Shown piece after piece: positions 47,735-58,700 of a DNA stretch of 64,000 bases. This DNA is from Azolla caroliniana. Its lineage: Eukaryota; Plantae; Polypodiophyta. Location of the stretch: contig JBHGNT010000014.1 of the NCBI GenBank assembly GCA_043228905.1, positions 16,616,001-16,680,000 of the forward strand. The letters run 5' to 3'. Position 1 is the stretch's first letter, and each line of letters opens with the position of its first letter. The notes beneath the pieces are model-generated. The model was not told the origin of the DNA and ran no database searches. It saw nothing but the letters and a program-made list of their open reading frames with translations. The translations under genes and the position numbers were made by a program.

Positions 47735-50700
47735 TGTCGTAGTGTATTTCGTACACTACGTGAAAAAGTAAAAATAATATAACTGATTTAATTACATATA
47801 AATAAATAAAATAAGAATATCAAGATATTTATCACGTGCATAGGGCAGGATTCAAACCCTGTACCTCCACGTAGCCAAACCTCAACTTTACCATTATACT
47901 ACCTTATCTTTAGTGTTCTATAAATAGATTTAATAACTATAAGTGCTTTATTTGCGCCTACCTTTATTAAAAGGTAAATCATGTATTTTTAGAGTGCGTG
48001 AATATTTTATAGAAAAACGCAAGCGACTAAAAAGTGACTCATGCACATCTAGCGTGCATGAGCACTATATTTAGCAAATAAAAGCAAGGATTAGAAAAGC
48101 ATCACATGCACATTTAGTGTGCATGAACATATTAGAAAAAAAAAACATGTAGCTATGCTTAGTCTCTCCCATCACTACAAAAGGATGGGGAGCACAATGT
48201 AATAGGTGTGTGAAATATTTGGAAATTGGATATATTTCCGAAAACACCAACCGAAAATAATATAATCTATACTTGTGGGATTCACAAGTTTCTTATATAT
48301 TTCTTTCAATCTAAATACATATTCTTATCTAAATATTGATTAATCGAATACAATACACTCGTGGGATTCACGAAATTTCTATCTCTCTTTCTAATAATCT
48401 ATTCATTACTAGCCTCATCTCATATTCTTCTTTCTCCTAGTCCAAAACCTCGGCGGTTCCCACCCGACTCACGCAACGATCCGGAGCCGAAAGGCACGAC
48501 ACAGTTGGTGAACCCGACGTGAAGGCGGGTGGCAAGGAGATGGAGAATCAACAAGAGGCAATGAGCATAACGATGATGATGATGTTCGAGCGGATGCTAC
48601 AAGAACAACGAGTGATGTCGGAGATCACGGGGGCAGTAAAGCGGCTCGTACAACGAAACGGACAATTCAACGGAAACGATGTGTCACGCTATCTACGTGA
48701 CTACAAGGCGGAGATGATACGATGTGGGATACCGGAAGGATTGCAAGTGACATCCTTCAATCGGGTGGCCACGGATGAACTACAAGAGAGAATCCACAAG
48801 ATACAACAACAAAACTCGACATGGGAGTCCTTTGAAGAAGCTTTACGGGAGGCATATGACTATGAGAGATGGACGGGACGAGATCGACGAGAATTCGACG
48901 AATGGGTGGCGTCGGAGAAGACTCACCGAAGTGCAACGCAAGCGTTCCTAGAGTTCGAGCATCGTTTTGCTCGACTCTCGGAGCGGGAACGAAGATTGGT
49001 GGGAGGAGATAAAGTCTTAATGTTCGTAAGATCGATCGATCGGAAAGAAAGGATGGACATTGGGATCGAACTCGAAGATGATGACGGTGCGAACGGCCTT
49101 ACCGAGGATTGGGCCAAAGTCGAAAGGGTATGCCGAAGACATGATGAAAGGAAGCTGAGAATCTCGTCAACAACGACATGGCCCATGAAGGATGGTCGAT
49201 TGAGGAAAAACGATGAAGCCAATATGAAGGCCGAAATACAACATGATGGTACCACGGGAGAAAGAGTGGAACAAGACACCCACTCGTCTTGTGAAAGAAC
49301 GATGGCGAAGGATAAGGCCGATAATTCAAGTGTAGAAGGAAATTTCGGGATACAAGTGCCCGAGACATCGGGTCAAAAAGGGGTAAGCATAATAGATGTT
49401 TGCATAATTGATGCAGATAAAGAGTGTGAAGCGGATGTGATTAAGGAGGTAGCCACGAAAGATGACATCGAATCGAAGGTGGCTATGGACGAATCAACGA
49501 TGGATGGCCATATCGAGACTTCCCCACCACTGATTCCAGAGACTCCGGCGGTTGCGATCGAAAGGCAACGTGAGACCGAAGAGACGGAAGGTGGCGGAGA
49601 GAAAACAAAGGTCGAAGTCGATGCATACGACGGAGAGATAGCCGAGAATATGGCTATGGGTGAAACAATGGAGGATGATAATACCGAGGATTCCTGCCCA
49701 CTAATCCTAGAGACTTCGGCGGTTGTGTCTGAGAAGCAACGTGAGACCGGAGAGACGGGAGGTGGCGGCAAGAAAGGTAAAGTCGGAAGCCAATTAGGAT
49801 GGAAGGTGATCCGGACGGGATTCCGATCCGAAAGAAAGCCGAACCGAAAGGAAGAGAATTCGGCCGAAAGACGACACAAACGAAAGCCGAACCGGGCGAA
49901 TGAGGATTCGGCCAAAAGACGACCCGAAAGAAAGCCGACCCGAAAAGGGGTCGAATCGGTCAAAACCGATCGACCGAGTCTGACTTGGCCGAACGCGAAT
50001 ATGGATGGAAGCCGACCTAGCCGAAAGCCGATCGGACGAGAGCGATCCGGAAAAAAGTCAAGGTTGATGAAGACAAGAAAGAGCCCAGTAAAAGACACTA
50101 CCACGAATGAACAAAGAATATGGTGGATCGGATGGCGACAATGGTTCGGGTGGAAAGAATGGGTCTACTCAAAATGGAGAGACAAAGTTGACATAGCGGG
50201 ACAAACGGAGGATGAAGGGGAGACAACGAGCATCGGCAACTTCGGCACATACCGGAGGATGTGCGGGTTCGGAGGGGGCGAGTGTCGTAGTGTATTTCGT
50301 ACACTACGTGAAAAAGTAAAAATAATATAACTGATTTAATTACATATAAATAAATAAAATAAGAATATCAAGATATTTATCACGTGCATAGGGCAGGATT
50401 CAAACCCTGTACCTCCACGTAGCCAAACCTCAACTTTACCATTATACTACCTTATCTTTAGTGTTCTATAAATAGATTTAATAACTATAAGTGCTTTATT
50501 TGCGCCTACCTTTATTAAAAGGTAAATCATGTATTTTTAGAGTGCGTGAATATTTTATAGAAAAACGCAAGCGACTAAAAAGTGACTCATGCACATCTAG
50601 CGTGCATGAGCACTATATTTAGCAAATAAAAGCAAGGATTAGAAAAGCATCACATGCACATTTAGTGTGCATGAACATATTAGAAAAAAAAAACATGTAG

Positions 50701-51049
50701 CTATGCTTAGTCTCTCCCATCACTACATAAGGATGGGGAGCACAATGTAATAGGTGTGTGAAATATTTGGAAATTGGATATATTTCCGAAAACACCAACC
50801 GAAAATAATATAATCTATACTTGTGGGATTCACAAGTTTCTTATATATTTCTTTCAATCTAAATACATATTCTTATCTAAATATTGATTAATCGAATACA
50901 ATACACTCGTGGGATTCACGAAATTTCTATCTCTCTTTCTAATAATCTATTCATTACTAGCCTCATCTCATATTCTTCTTTCTCCTAGTCCAAAACCTCG
51001 GCGGTTCCCACCCGACTCACGCAACGATCCGGAGCCGAAAGGCACGACA
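47735..51049 (+). mobile_element. Very young non-autonomous gag-only element H (tRNA-Trp primed)
   Basis: 767-bp AT-rich LTRs 47735-48501 and 50283-51049 (one mismatch spotted by eye); PBS 48506-48523; PPT GGAGGGGGCGAG; TSD ACGC. Confidence 0.96.
48540..50330 (+). CDS. gag: H Gag with long acidic/basic tail; ORF runs through the PPT into the 3' LTR
   Basis: Intact ORF; QFNGNDVSRYLRDY..DDGANGLTEDWAKVERVC homologous to G Gag. Confidence 0.85.
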   Translation: MENQQEAMSITMMMMFERMLQEQRVMSEITGAVKRLVQRNGQFNGNDVSRYLRDYKAEMIRCGIPEGLQVTSFNRVATDELQERIHKIQQQNSTWESFEEALREAYDYERWTGRDRREFDEWVASEKTHRSATQAFLEFEHRFARLSERERRLVGGDKVLMFVRSIDRKERMDIGIELEDDDGANGLTEDWAKVERVCRRHDERKLRISSTTTWPMKDGRLRKNDEANMKAEIQHDGTTGERVEQDTHSSCERTMAKDKADNSSVEGNFGIQVPETSGQKGVSIIDVCIIDADKECEADVIKEVATKDDIESKVAMDESTMDGHIETSPPLIPETPAVAIERQRETEETEGGGEKTKVEVDAYDGEIAENMAMGETMEDDNTEDSCPLILETSAVVSEKQRETGETGGGGKKGKVGSQLGWKVIRTGFRSERKPNRKEENSAERRHKRKPNRANEDSAKRRPERKPTRKGVESVKTDRPSLTWPNANMDGSRPSRKPIGRERSGKKSRLMKTRKSPVKDTTTNEQRIWWIGWRQWFGWKEWVYSKWRDKVDIAGQTEDEGETTSIGNFGTYRRMCGFGGGECRSVFRTLREKVKII

Positions 51050-52809
51050 ACGCATCCGAGTATTGTAGAAAGTGTAATTTGTGCCAGCGGATGGGTCAGC
51101 CCGCAGAGGACGCAAGGATGCCACACCAGCCCGTATTACCGCTAGACCCCTTCCAAAAGTGGGGATTGGATTTTGTAAGGCCCTTCACACCAGCAGCGTC
51201 TCGTACGGGCAACAAATACATATTGGTAGCCACGGATTACTGCACCAAATGGGTAGAAGCAAAGGCACTACGTGAAAATACGGCAGCCGTCACAACCAAA
51301 TTTCTTTACGAGCACATATGGTGCCGGTTCGGCTATCCGATTGAGCTCATCAGTGACCAAGGGAGCCACTTCCTCAATATGGTGGTTCGGGAACTGACAC
51401 AACATTACGCAATAGTCCACAAGAAGAGCATGCCATATTACCCGCAGGCGAGTGGATTAGCGGAATCCACGAACAAAACATTACATACCATTTTGAAGAA
51501 AACCGTCAATGAAAATAGGACGGACTGGGATACCAATCTCCAGAGTGCGTTATGGGTGTATAGAACTAGTTACAAAACAAGCATACAGTCAACACCGTTC
51601 CGGCTAGCGTTTGGACTAGAGGCTGTGATGCCAGTCGAATTTCGGGTACCTAGTTTGCGCATTCAAGTACGGAACCGATTATCAGAAGCCAAGTCGGAGG
51701 AGGAACGGATCTATCAACTCCTCGAACTAGGGGAAAAACGCGTCCACAGCATGGCTGTGTTGGAACAGGAACAATGACGACGTAAAGCGTTTGTCGATCG
51801 ACATCGGAGCGCACGGGAAAAGGAGTTCGTCGTGGGCCGAGCGGTGCTAGTTTTTCAAACGCGCATGGGCCACATGCCAGGGAAGTTACATTTGCGTTGG
51901 ACTGGCCCATACTGGATAATTGGAGCGGAACAGGGCACGTTCCAACTAGGAACGCTGGCTAGAGAAATAGTACGGCAAAAAGTGAATGGCTCAAACCTTA
52001 CTTGGGCCCTACGCCACCTAACCCATTCACCGCCGAACGGGACAAAGCCGGAGAACCTGCAACGTAAAATGGATAGGCCCATTTGTACTATAATGTAAAA
52101 ATAGGTTGTAAATAACCGTTACGAAAAAAAAGAAAAAAAGAAAAGAAAGAGAAGATAGCGACTATTAAAATGACTAAAGGCATGCACAAACTCCTAGTTC
52201 AAGAACACGTGGCACCACGATGGCTCACCGCCCAATGAACCCTAAGACACAAAAAGAAGGAAACAAAAGATCTTCTACACAAAGCAAAAACCCATCTTCT
52301 AGCTATCAGCGCTCCCATCGCTCGTCCTCCTCACCTTCTTCCCCATCCTATCTCAGAGCTCCAACCCACCACAACCTCCCGTCTCCCCCCCACGAACCTA
52401 CTCTGGCGATGCCGATTTTCATCTCTATGTTGTCTGTCTGGCCGGACTAGCCTCAACACAGGTGTCTACCCGACACTTCTCCAAAGGGGTGGTAAGGATT
52501 GGATGCTAGGTTACACGCATAAGATAATTATAATTAAGCACGGACGGCAAACAATACGAGATACAGATAAATACACAATGATTACTATTGTATTACTTCC
52601 GTCAAAACACTTTACAAATCATCGGATCCTTTTATAGGCATCCAGCAAGGTTACAATCGGTGCGCTTAGGCAACCGACATCCGAATCGGTTCGGATCCGG
52701 ATCGGTACAACTATACCGAATCCGTCCCTCCGAATAATAATTCTACTCTTACTTCCTATTATCCGATCCGCCTTCCCACTTGTCCTTGCTCTTTGGACCG
52801 GCCAACACA

Positions 52810-52825
52810 TGGCACGCCCGTGGGA
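52810..52825 (+). other. Inverted second PBS-like site (tRNA-Arg UCU-like) at J's PPT position
   Basis: TGGCACGCCC-GTGGGA, 2 nt inside the LTR edge; matches the known Arg PBS TGGCACGCCCAGTGGGA with a 1-nt gap. Confidence 0.75.
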
Positions 52826-52857
52826 AAGTGCCTTGCACTTCGAATCCACACCCGGCC

Positions 52858-55587
52858 TCAGTCTTCCTCCAAAATGTTGAGCACACTTTGCTCGATAGTG
52901 TCAAGTGGTGCTTCTTCCTCCTGTTCCTGTTCCTTGCCTGCCTGGTCTCCGACCTCCTGTTGGGTAGGCTGTTCCGTAAAAATTTTCTGCTCCGGCTCTG
53001 CTTGATTCCATGGTGCCGGTGCTTCCTCACCGCTTCGTCCGGGTTCTTCCTGTTCTCCCTCCATTCCTGGCTCTGTTCTGTTACCAGTGTCGCTTTCTCC
53101 GGTCTCGACTGGTCGACTTGATATGCCTCCTTCCTCTGCTCTGGTGTCTTCTGGTCTCAGCTCTTCTTCTTCTCCGGCATTGGTCCGCTCCTGCTCTTCT
53201 TCTTCTCCGGCATCGGTCCGCTCCTGCTCTTCTTCAAGTTCGTCTTCAGGTATTCCTTGTCGGGGTTGTTCGGTGTCGGTTGGTTCATCTTCATCTGGTC
53301 GCGTTCCCTCACCAATAGTGGTTGGCGTCGTTCTTCCCTTAGCTTCCTGTCGTACCCGGTCCTGCTCGTATCTCTCCAACTCCAACTGAGTTGCGAGCTG
53401 CCCGTCATCCAACCTCTCTACCAACCCTCGGATTTCTTTGAGGTGTTCTTCTGCTAAAGTGTAGAAATCCTCCGACAATTCCTCCCGAATGGTGACGATA
53501 CTTTCTTCATCCATCTTGTAGAACCTGTCGCCGGTCTTCTTCCGATTCTCGGCATCCGCTCGGAGTGTCTGCAGCTCGGCTGCCTGTTGTGACCACTCCT
53601 TCCATAGCTTTTCCGTACTTTCGTTGATACTTGCCTGAGCTCGGGTACTCCATCCTGACATGATGAGCTTGATCCGGTCAACTCCTGCCTTAGCATGCGC
53701 ATAAGCTTCCTGCTTTTCCTTCCTTGCCCGTTTTATAATGTCAGCCATTATCTGAGCCTGGGCCTCGTAATCTGCTTTCTGCTTTTCATAGGTACTCTGC
53801 AGTTTGCTGATCGTGAAGGTCGATTTTTCCTTTTCTTCATTCCTGATCTTGGTCAGGTCCAGCTTTTCCCGCCTTAGCGCCTCTAATTCCTTCCTTCTCT
53901 CCGTTGCTTGGGCTATTTCCGCCGACAATGCTTCCTTGTTGGCACTGACCTCATCCATCGCCTTAGCCAGGTCTAATCGGGTCTCTTTGAGCTGCTCTTT
54001 CAGCTTCTCTATTTGCCGGTCGTAGTCTGCTGCTCGTTTTTTGTTGTCCGACTCGGCCTGCATGTGATCTCTGTAGAGACGGTCGAAGTCCTCCATCTTC
54101 TGCTTCAGGCGTCGGGTTGCCTGAGCTCTTAACCGATCGTCCCGGTCCTTCTGTTGTCGGAGTTCTTCCTGCAGTCGTTCTATCTCTTGTTCGGCATGTC
54201 GACGTAGTCGGTCCTTCTCCTTCTGCAGCTTCTCTTTTTCTTCTTGCAGTCGGTCATTAGTGGCTCGACCTTTCCGGAGGCCTTCTTCCAATTTTCGTCT
54301 GTCATCCTCCACCGCTTTCCGCTGCTCCCTTTCTCTTTCCCTTAATGCCTCCTGAGCTTGTAACTCCTCTCGTAAGGTTTCTATTATTTTTTCGGTCTCA
54401 GGGCCGGTTTGCAAGGCTACCGGTTCCGGTTCCGGTTCTGGTTGCTTCCTTGTTGTCCCGACCGGCTCGGTGACAGCTTGTGCTTGTTGAATTCCTTCCC
54501 TTGCCTGCAATAGCTCCCCTTGCATTTCCTCGATCTGTGTTCGGAGTGCGACCAACTCCTGCGTTGTTGTATGCGTCAGCTGTTGCCGACACGTTTCTTC
54601 TTTCTCTAACTGGTCCGCTACTCCCGATAACTGCTCCGAAAGCCATCTCAGCCATTGTGGCTTTGTTCTTCCGATTTTGGGGTGGCCTTGCTCACTTAAG
54701 CCCGGCTGATTTTCCGGCCTCTTCTCTGGCTCCACCTCCGGCGCTCGTTCCTTCTTCTTCTCTGGGATGACCGGTTTTCTGAAGTCCGGCCCAACCGGTG
54801 TCGGTGCTGCTTCCCTAGGTACAGGTTCCGGTGCTATTTCCTCCTCGGCTACTGGAGATGGTCCTTGCGCCCTCTACTGAGTTCTGTCCACTGGTGGAGC
54901 CGGTCCTTTCGCCCGTTTCTCCCGACCTTGTCTTGCTGAGAGTCTTACCAGTGGTTCGGATGAGTCTTCTGTTTCAGTTTCCTCCTCCGGTGCGGGTACC
55001 AGACGGACCTTTTGTCTAGAAACCTCTGGTTCCGGTTCCGGCCGTCGCAGCGTTATATGGATTGGTTTGCGCGCTACCGGTTCCTCCTCAGCCGCTTTCC
55101 CTTTGCCTTTACCTGCCGGTTTTGCCTTTGTGGCCGGTTCCTGTTGCTGTCGGGATGGTCCTTCCCCCTGTTGTTCTGCTTCTTGCGGGGTCCATCCGGG
55201 GGTGTGTTTCTCCAAGATCTGTCGGCGCTTTGTGACCTTTTTCGGCATCGTCTCCTGCCGACCTCTTTTCTTTTGTGTGATGGGGAGTACCGGTTGTTAG
55301 TTCCACCTCTTTTCTTTTCTTTTCCGCAGCAAGCCTTTTAACCCGTTCTCCCTCATCCATTGGCGTGCCTCTTCCGACAGTACCATTGCTTCGAATTCTT
55401 CGTCTGCTGCCTGGTGTTCGGGATCGCGCTGTGTGTGCTCTGTGCGTCGGGTCGCTCTTCTGTGCTTCTGCGCCTGTATGTAGGAAAATTCGTAAAACGT
55501 GAGCCCTTCGCAGGCCTGTGTCTTATATAGTGGGTTGTGCCTCGAGCCGTCCTTTTTCGTTTCCCGCGCATGTTCCTCTCCCGCCAT
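52858..55587 (-). pseudogene. J extra ORF, about 909-aa coiled-coil protein with acidic tail; two single stops (55297, 54874)
   Basis: ORFs 55297-55650, 54874-55248 and 52858-54735 are in one frame and the gaps are otherwise open; long E/K/R/Q heptad region. Confidence 0.75.
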
Positions 55588-55796
55588 AATTAGTATGTCC
55601 TTTCTTGTTTGCCGCGTGTGAGTGCCCACGTTCCCTGCTTTAAATAGCAACTCCGCACACGTCCTTCTTTAATGCATGGCGCCTCTTCGTTGCATGGTGG
55701 CGCTCCCACCTCTTGTGATCTCCCCATCATTACGATGATTCGCGTCGATTATGCCCACGTCATTTTTTTTTTTTTTTTTCTTTTGCCTGGACCACG

Positions 55797-58700
55797 TCAT
55801 TTGCTGGTCCCCCCTGCTTTGTTCGGGTCGGTTCGTGCGGATACCGGATCCTTCTGTCGGTTTTTCGGGATGGTCCTCGTCAGTATCGGTGTCGGTTCTT
55901 CCTCGGTCCGAATGTCTTCAGCAGCGTCTGTCGGTGTCGGTTCTTCCTCTTGCCGGATTTCCGGGTTTCGCTTGAACGGGTTGGCTGGCATATTTCCTTT
56001 ATACGGCTTTAACCGAAATCCATTTGCCCACTTGCCGATGACATCTCCAGACAACGTGCCGAGCTGATACGACCCATTGTACTCCTTGGTGATCTAGAAC
56101 GGTCCGGTCCATCGAAACCGCAACTTTCCCGGCATGTTCCCCATCCTTGTCTGGAATAGTAGCACCGGTTTCCCGACTTCGAACTCCTTTTCATTGCCAC
56201 GCCGGTGTCGGTCCACAAAGGCTTTTCTCCTCCTTTGCTCCAGTTCGAGTTGTAGTAAGCTGGCTATTCGGTTTTCCTCTAATTCCAACAACGTTGCCAG
56301 TCGGATTCGTTCAGACTCGTCCTCACTTAAGCGCTCCTTTACCTGAATCCGTAAGCTGGGGATCTGGAACTCTACCGGCATGACCGCTTCTAACCCGAAT
56401 GCTAGTCGGAACGGGGTTGTCCGGATGCTGGTTTTGTACATTGTTCGGTACGCCCATAGCGCGCTTTGCAATTTCGTATCCCAGTCGGTCCGGTTCTCGT
56501 TGACGATTTTTCGTAGGATGTTCTGCAGAGTTTTGTTCGTTGATTCCGCTAGTCCATTGGCTTGAGGGTAGTAGGGTGTACTCTTTTTATGTACCACCGC
56601 GTAAAATGACGTCAGGCTTTCTACTACCTGCCCGAGAAAATGTCCTCCTTGGTCACTTATAAGCTCGATCGGGCATCCATACCGGCACCATATGCATTCG
56701 TACAGAAACTTTGCCGTGGACGCGGCCGTGTTGTCCCGTAAGGCCTTTGCTTCTACCCATTTGGTGCAATAGTCGGTCGCCACTATGACATACCGATTTC
56801 CGGTTCGCATTGCCGGTGGTTTGAAGGGACCGACAAAATCCAACCCCCACTTTTGAAACGGTTCTAAGGGCAAGACCGGGTGGTGTGGCATCCGGGCCTG
56901 CTCTGTGGGTTGGCCCAGTCGTTGACACAAATCGCATTCTCTGCTATACTTCACGGCATCTTTTAGGGTGGTCGGCCACCACAGTCCGCTCTGCCATATT
57001 TTCCGAGCAGTTGCGTCGCCGGCATAATGCCCGCCGGCAATTCCACAGTGGGCTTCCCTGAGGATTAGATCCTTCTCATCGCTCCGCACTGCTCGCCTCC
57101 AGATGCCATCTGCCCCCTTGTGATAGAGGGTGTCTCCAACCAAGCAGAAATGTCTACTTCTTACTGCTACCCTTTTCCTTTCATCGCGGTCCATGTTATC
57201 CAGGGGAACTCCGGTGCTCAGGAACTGGTGCATCTCAGTTAGCCATGTGTCTTCGTCGGCTACCGTTGTATCCGTTGCCGGTTTCGTCGTGATCCGGAAC
57301 AATTCGGCGTCGGGAAACTCATCCTGGACGCCGTCACCTGCTTCTCCGGATTCAAGTCTGCTTAGATAGTCCGCTACCGCATGCTGCGCCCCGGGTCGGT
57401 GGAAAATGTCGAATTCAAATTCCTGTAGTAGCAGTGTCCACCGTGCAATTTTTCCCGTCAGGGATGCCTTCGAGACCAGGTAGAGTAGTGCCGAATGGTC
57501 GACATGGAAGGAAAACTTCCTTCCGAGCAGATAGTGCCTGTACTTTGTGACACTGTACACCATTCCCAATGCCTCGCGTTCCGTCGTAGAGTAATTCCGT
57601 TCGGCTTTTGAGAGTTTCCGGCTTGCGTAGTACACCGGTCGGTACCATTTCGGCTCTGTGAGTTGCATCAGAACGCTGCCGATTGCTACGTCCGACGCGT
57701 CGACGAAGACGTGAAAGCTTTTACTCCAATCCGGCGGTTGCACCACCGGAGCTTGCGACAGCATGACCTTCAACGCTTTGTAGGCTTCCTCCTCCGTCTC
57801 TGCCCATAGGAAGGGTACCCTATCTATGGCGGTATGTAACGGTGTAGCGAAGTCCGCGAGGTGCCGTATCATCCGGCTATGCCACCTTATTTGGCCTAGG
57901 AACCGGCTTAAAGCCTTTGCGTTACTTGGTGTTGGTGCATCGAGAATCGCCTTGACTTTATCCGGATCTACCGCGATTCCTTCCTTACTCACCACGTGCC
58001 CTAACAAGTTGCCGCTTGCCACTCCAAAGACGCACTTGGCCGGATTCAGGCTCAATCGGTACTTGCGGCACTTCTCCAAGCACAGTCGGAGGTGATCGAG
58101 ATGCTCTCCGTGCCGGCTGTAGACCGCGAAATCGTCAAGGAAGACCTGCATAAAACCAGGGATATATTCCCCGAAAATTTCCATTATTATCCTTTGAAAG
58201 GTCGCTGGAGCCGTCTTTAGTCCGAACATCATTACGACCGCGACGAACACTCCCCATTCCGTCACGAACGCTGTCTTCTCTTGGTCGGCCGGGTTCATTC
58301 GTATTTGGTTGTAGCCGCTAAATCCATCCAGGAAGCTGTAAACTTCGTGGCCGGCTACCGCATCTAACACCCCATCCGTAAATGGTAGTGGAAACGCATC
58401 GGTCACTGTTGCGGCATTTAGTTTTCGGTAGTCCACGCATACCCGGATTTTTCCGTTCTTTTTCGGGACTACCACTATCGGACTCAGCCAGGTTGCCTGC
58501 TTGACCGGTCGGATAAATCCGACCCGGAGGAGCTTATCAATTTCCTCCTTCACCTTTGCCGCATAATTCGGATTCATCCGGTACCTGCGTTGAGCAATCG
58601 GTTTCGCGTCCATACTTAGGTGAATTTGGTGCTGATAGAGCTGGGGGTCCAGCCCTCGCATGTCTTCGTACGACCACGCGAACACATCCTTGAAGTCTGT

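Larger units (their letters stand above)
43037..52075 (+). pseudogene. I gag-pol, interrupted by a solo LTR and element H
   Basis: Multiple Zn knuckles, [58 protein letters not shown]. Confidence 0.9.

Noticed and set aside
52810-52849. A genuine tRNA gene
   Set aside because: Only 3'-half similarity; no D-arm, anticodon arm or 5' acceptor strand, and the CCA is encoded.
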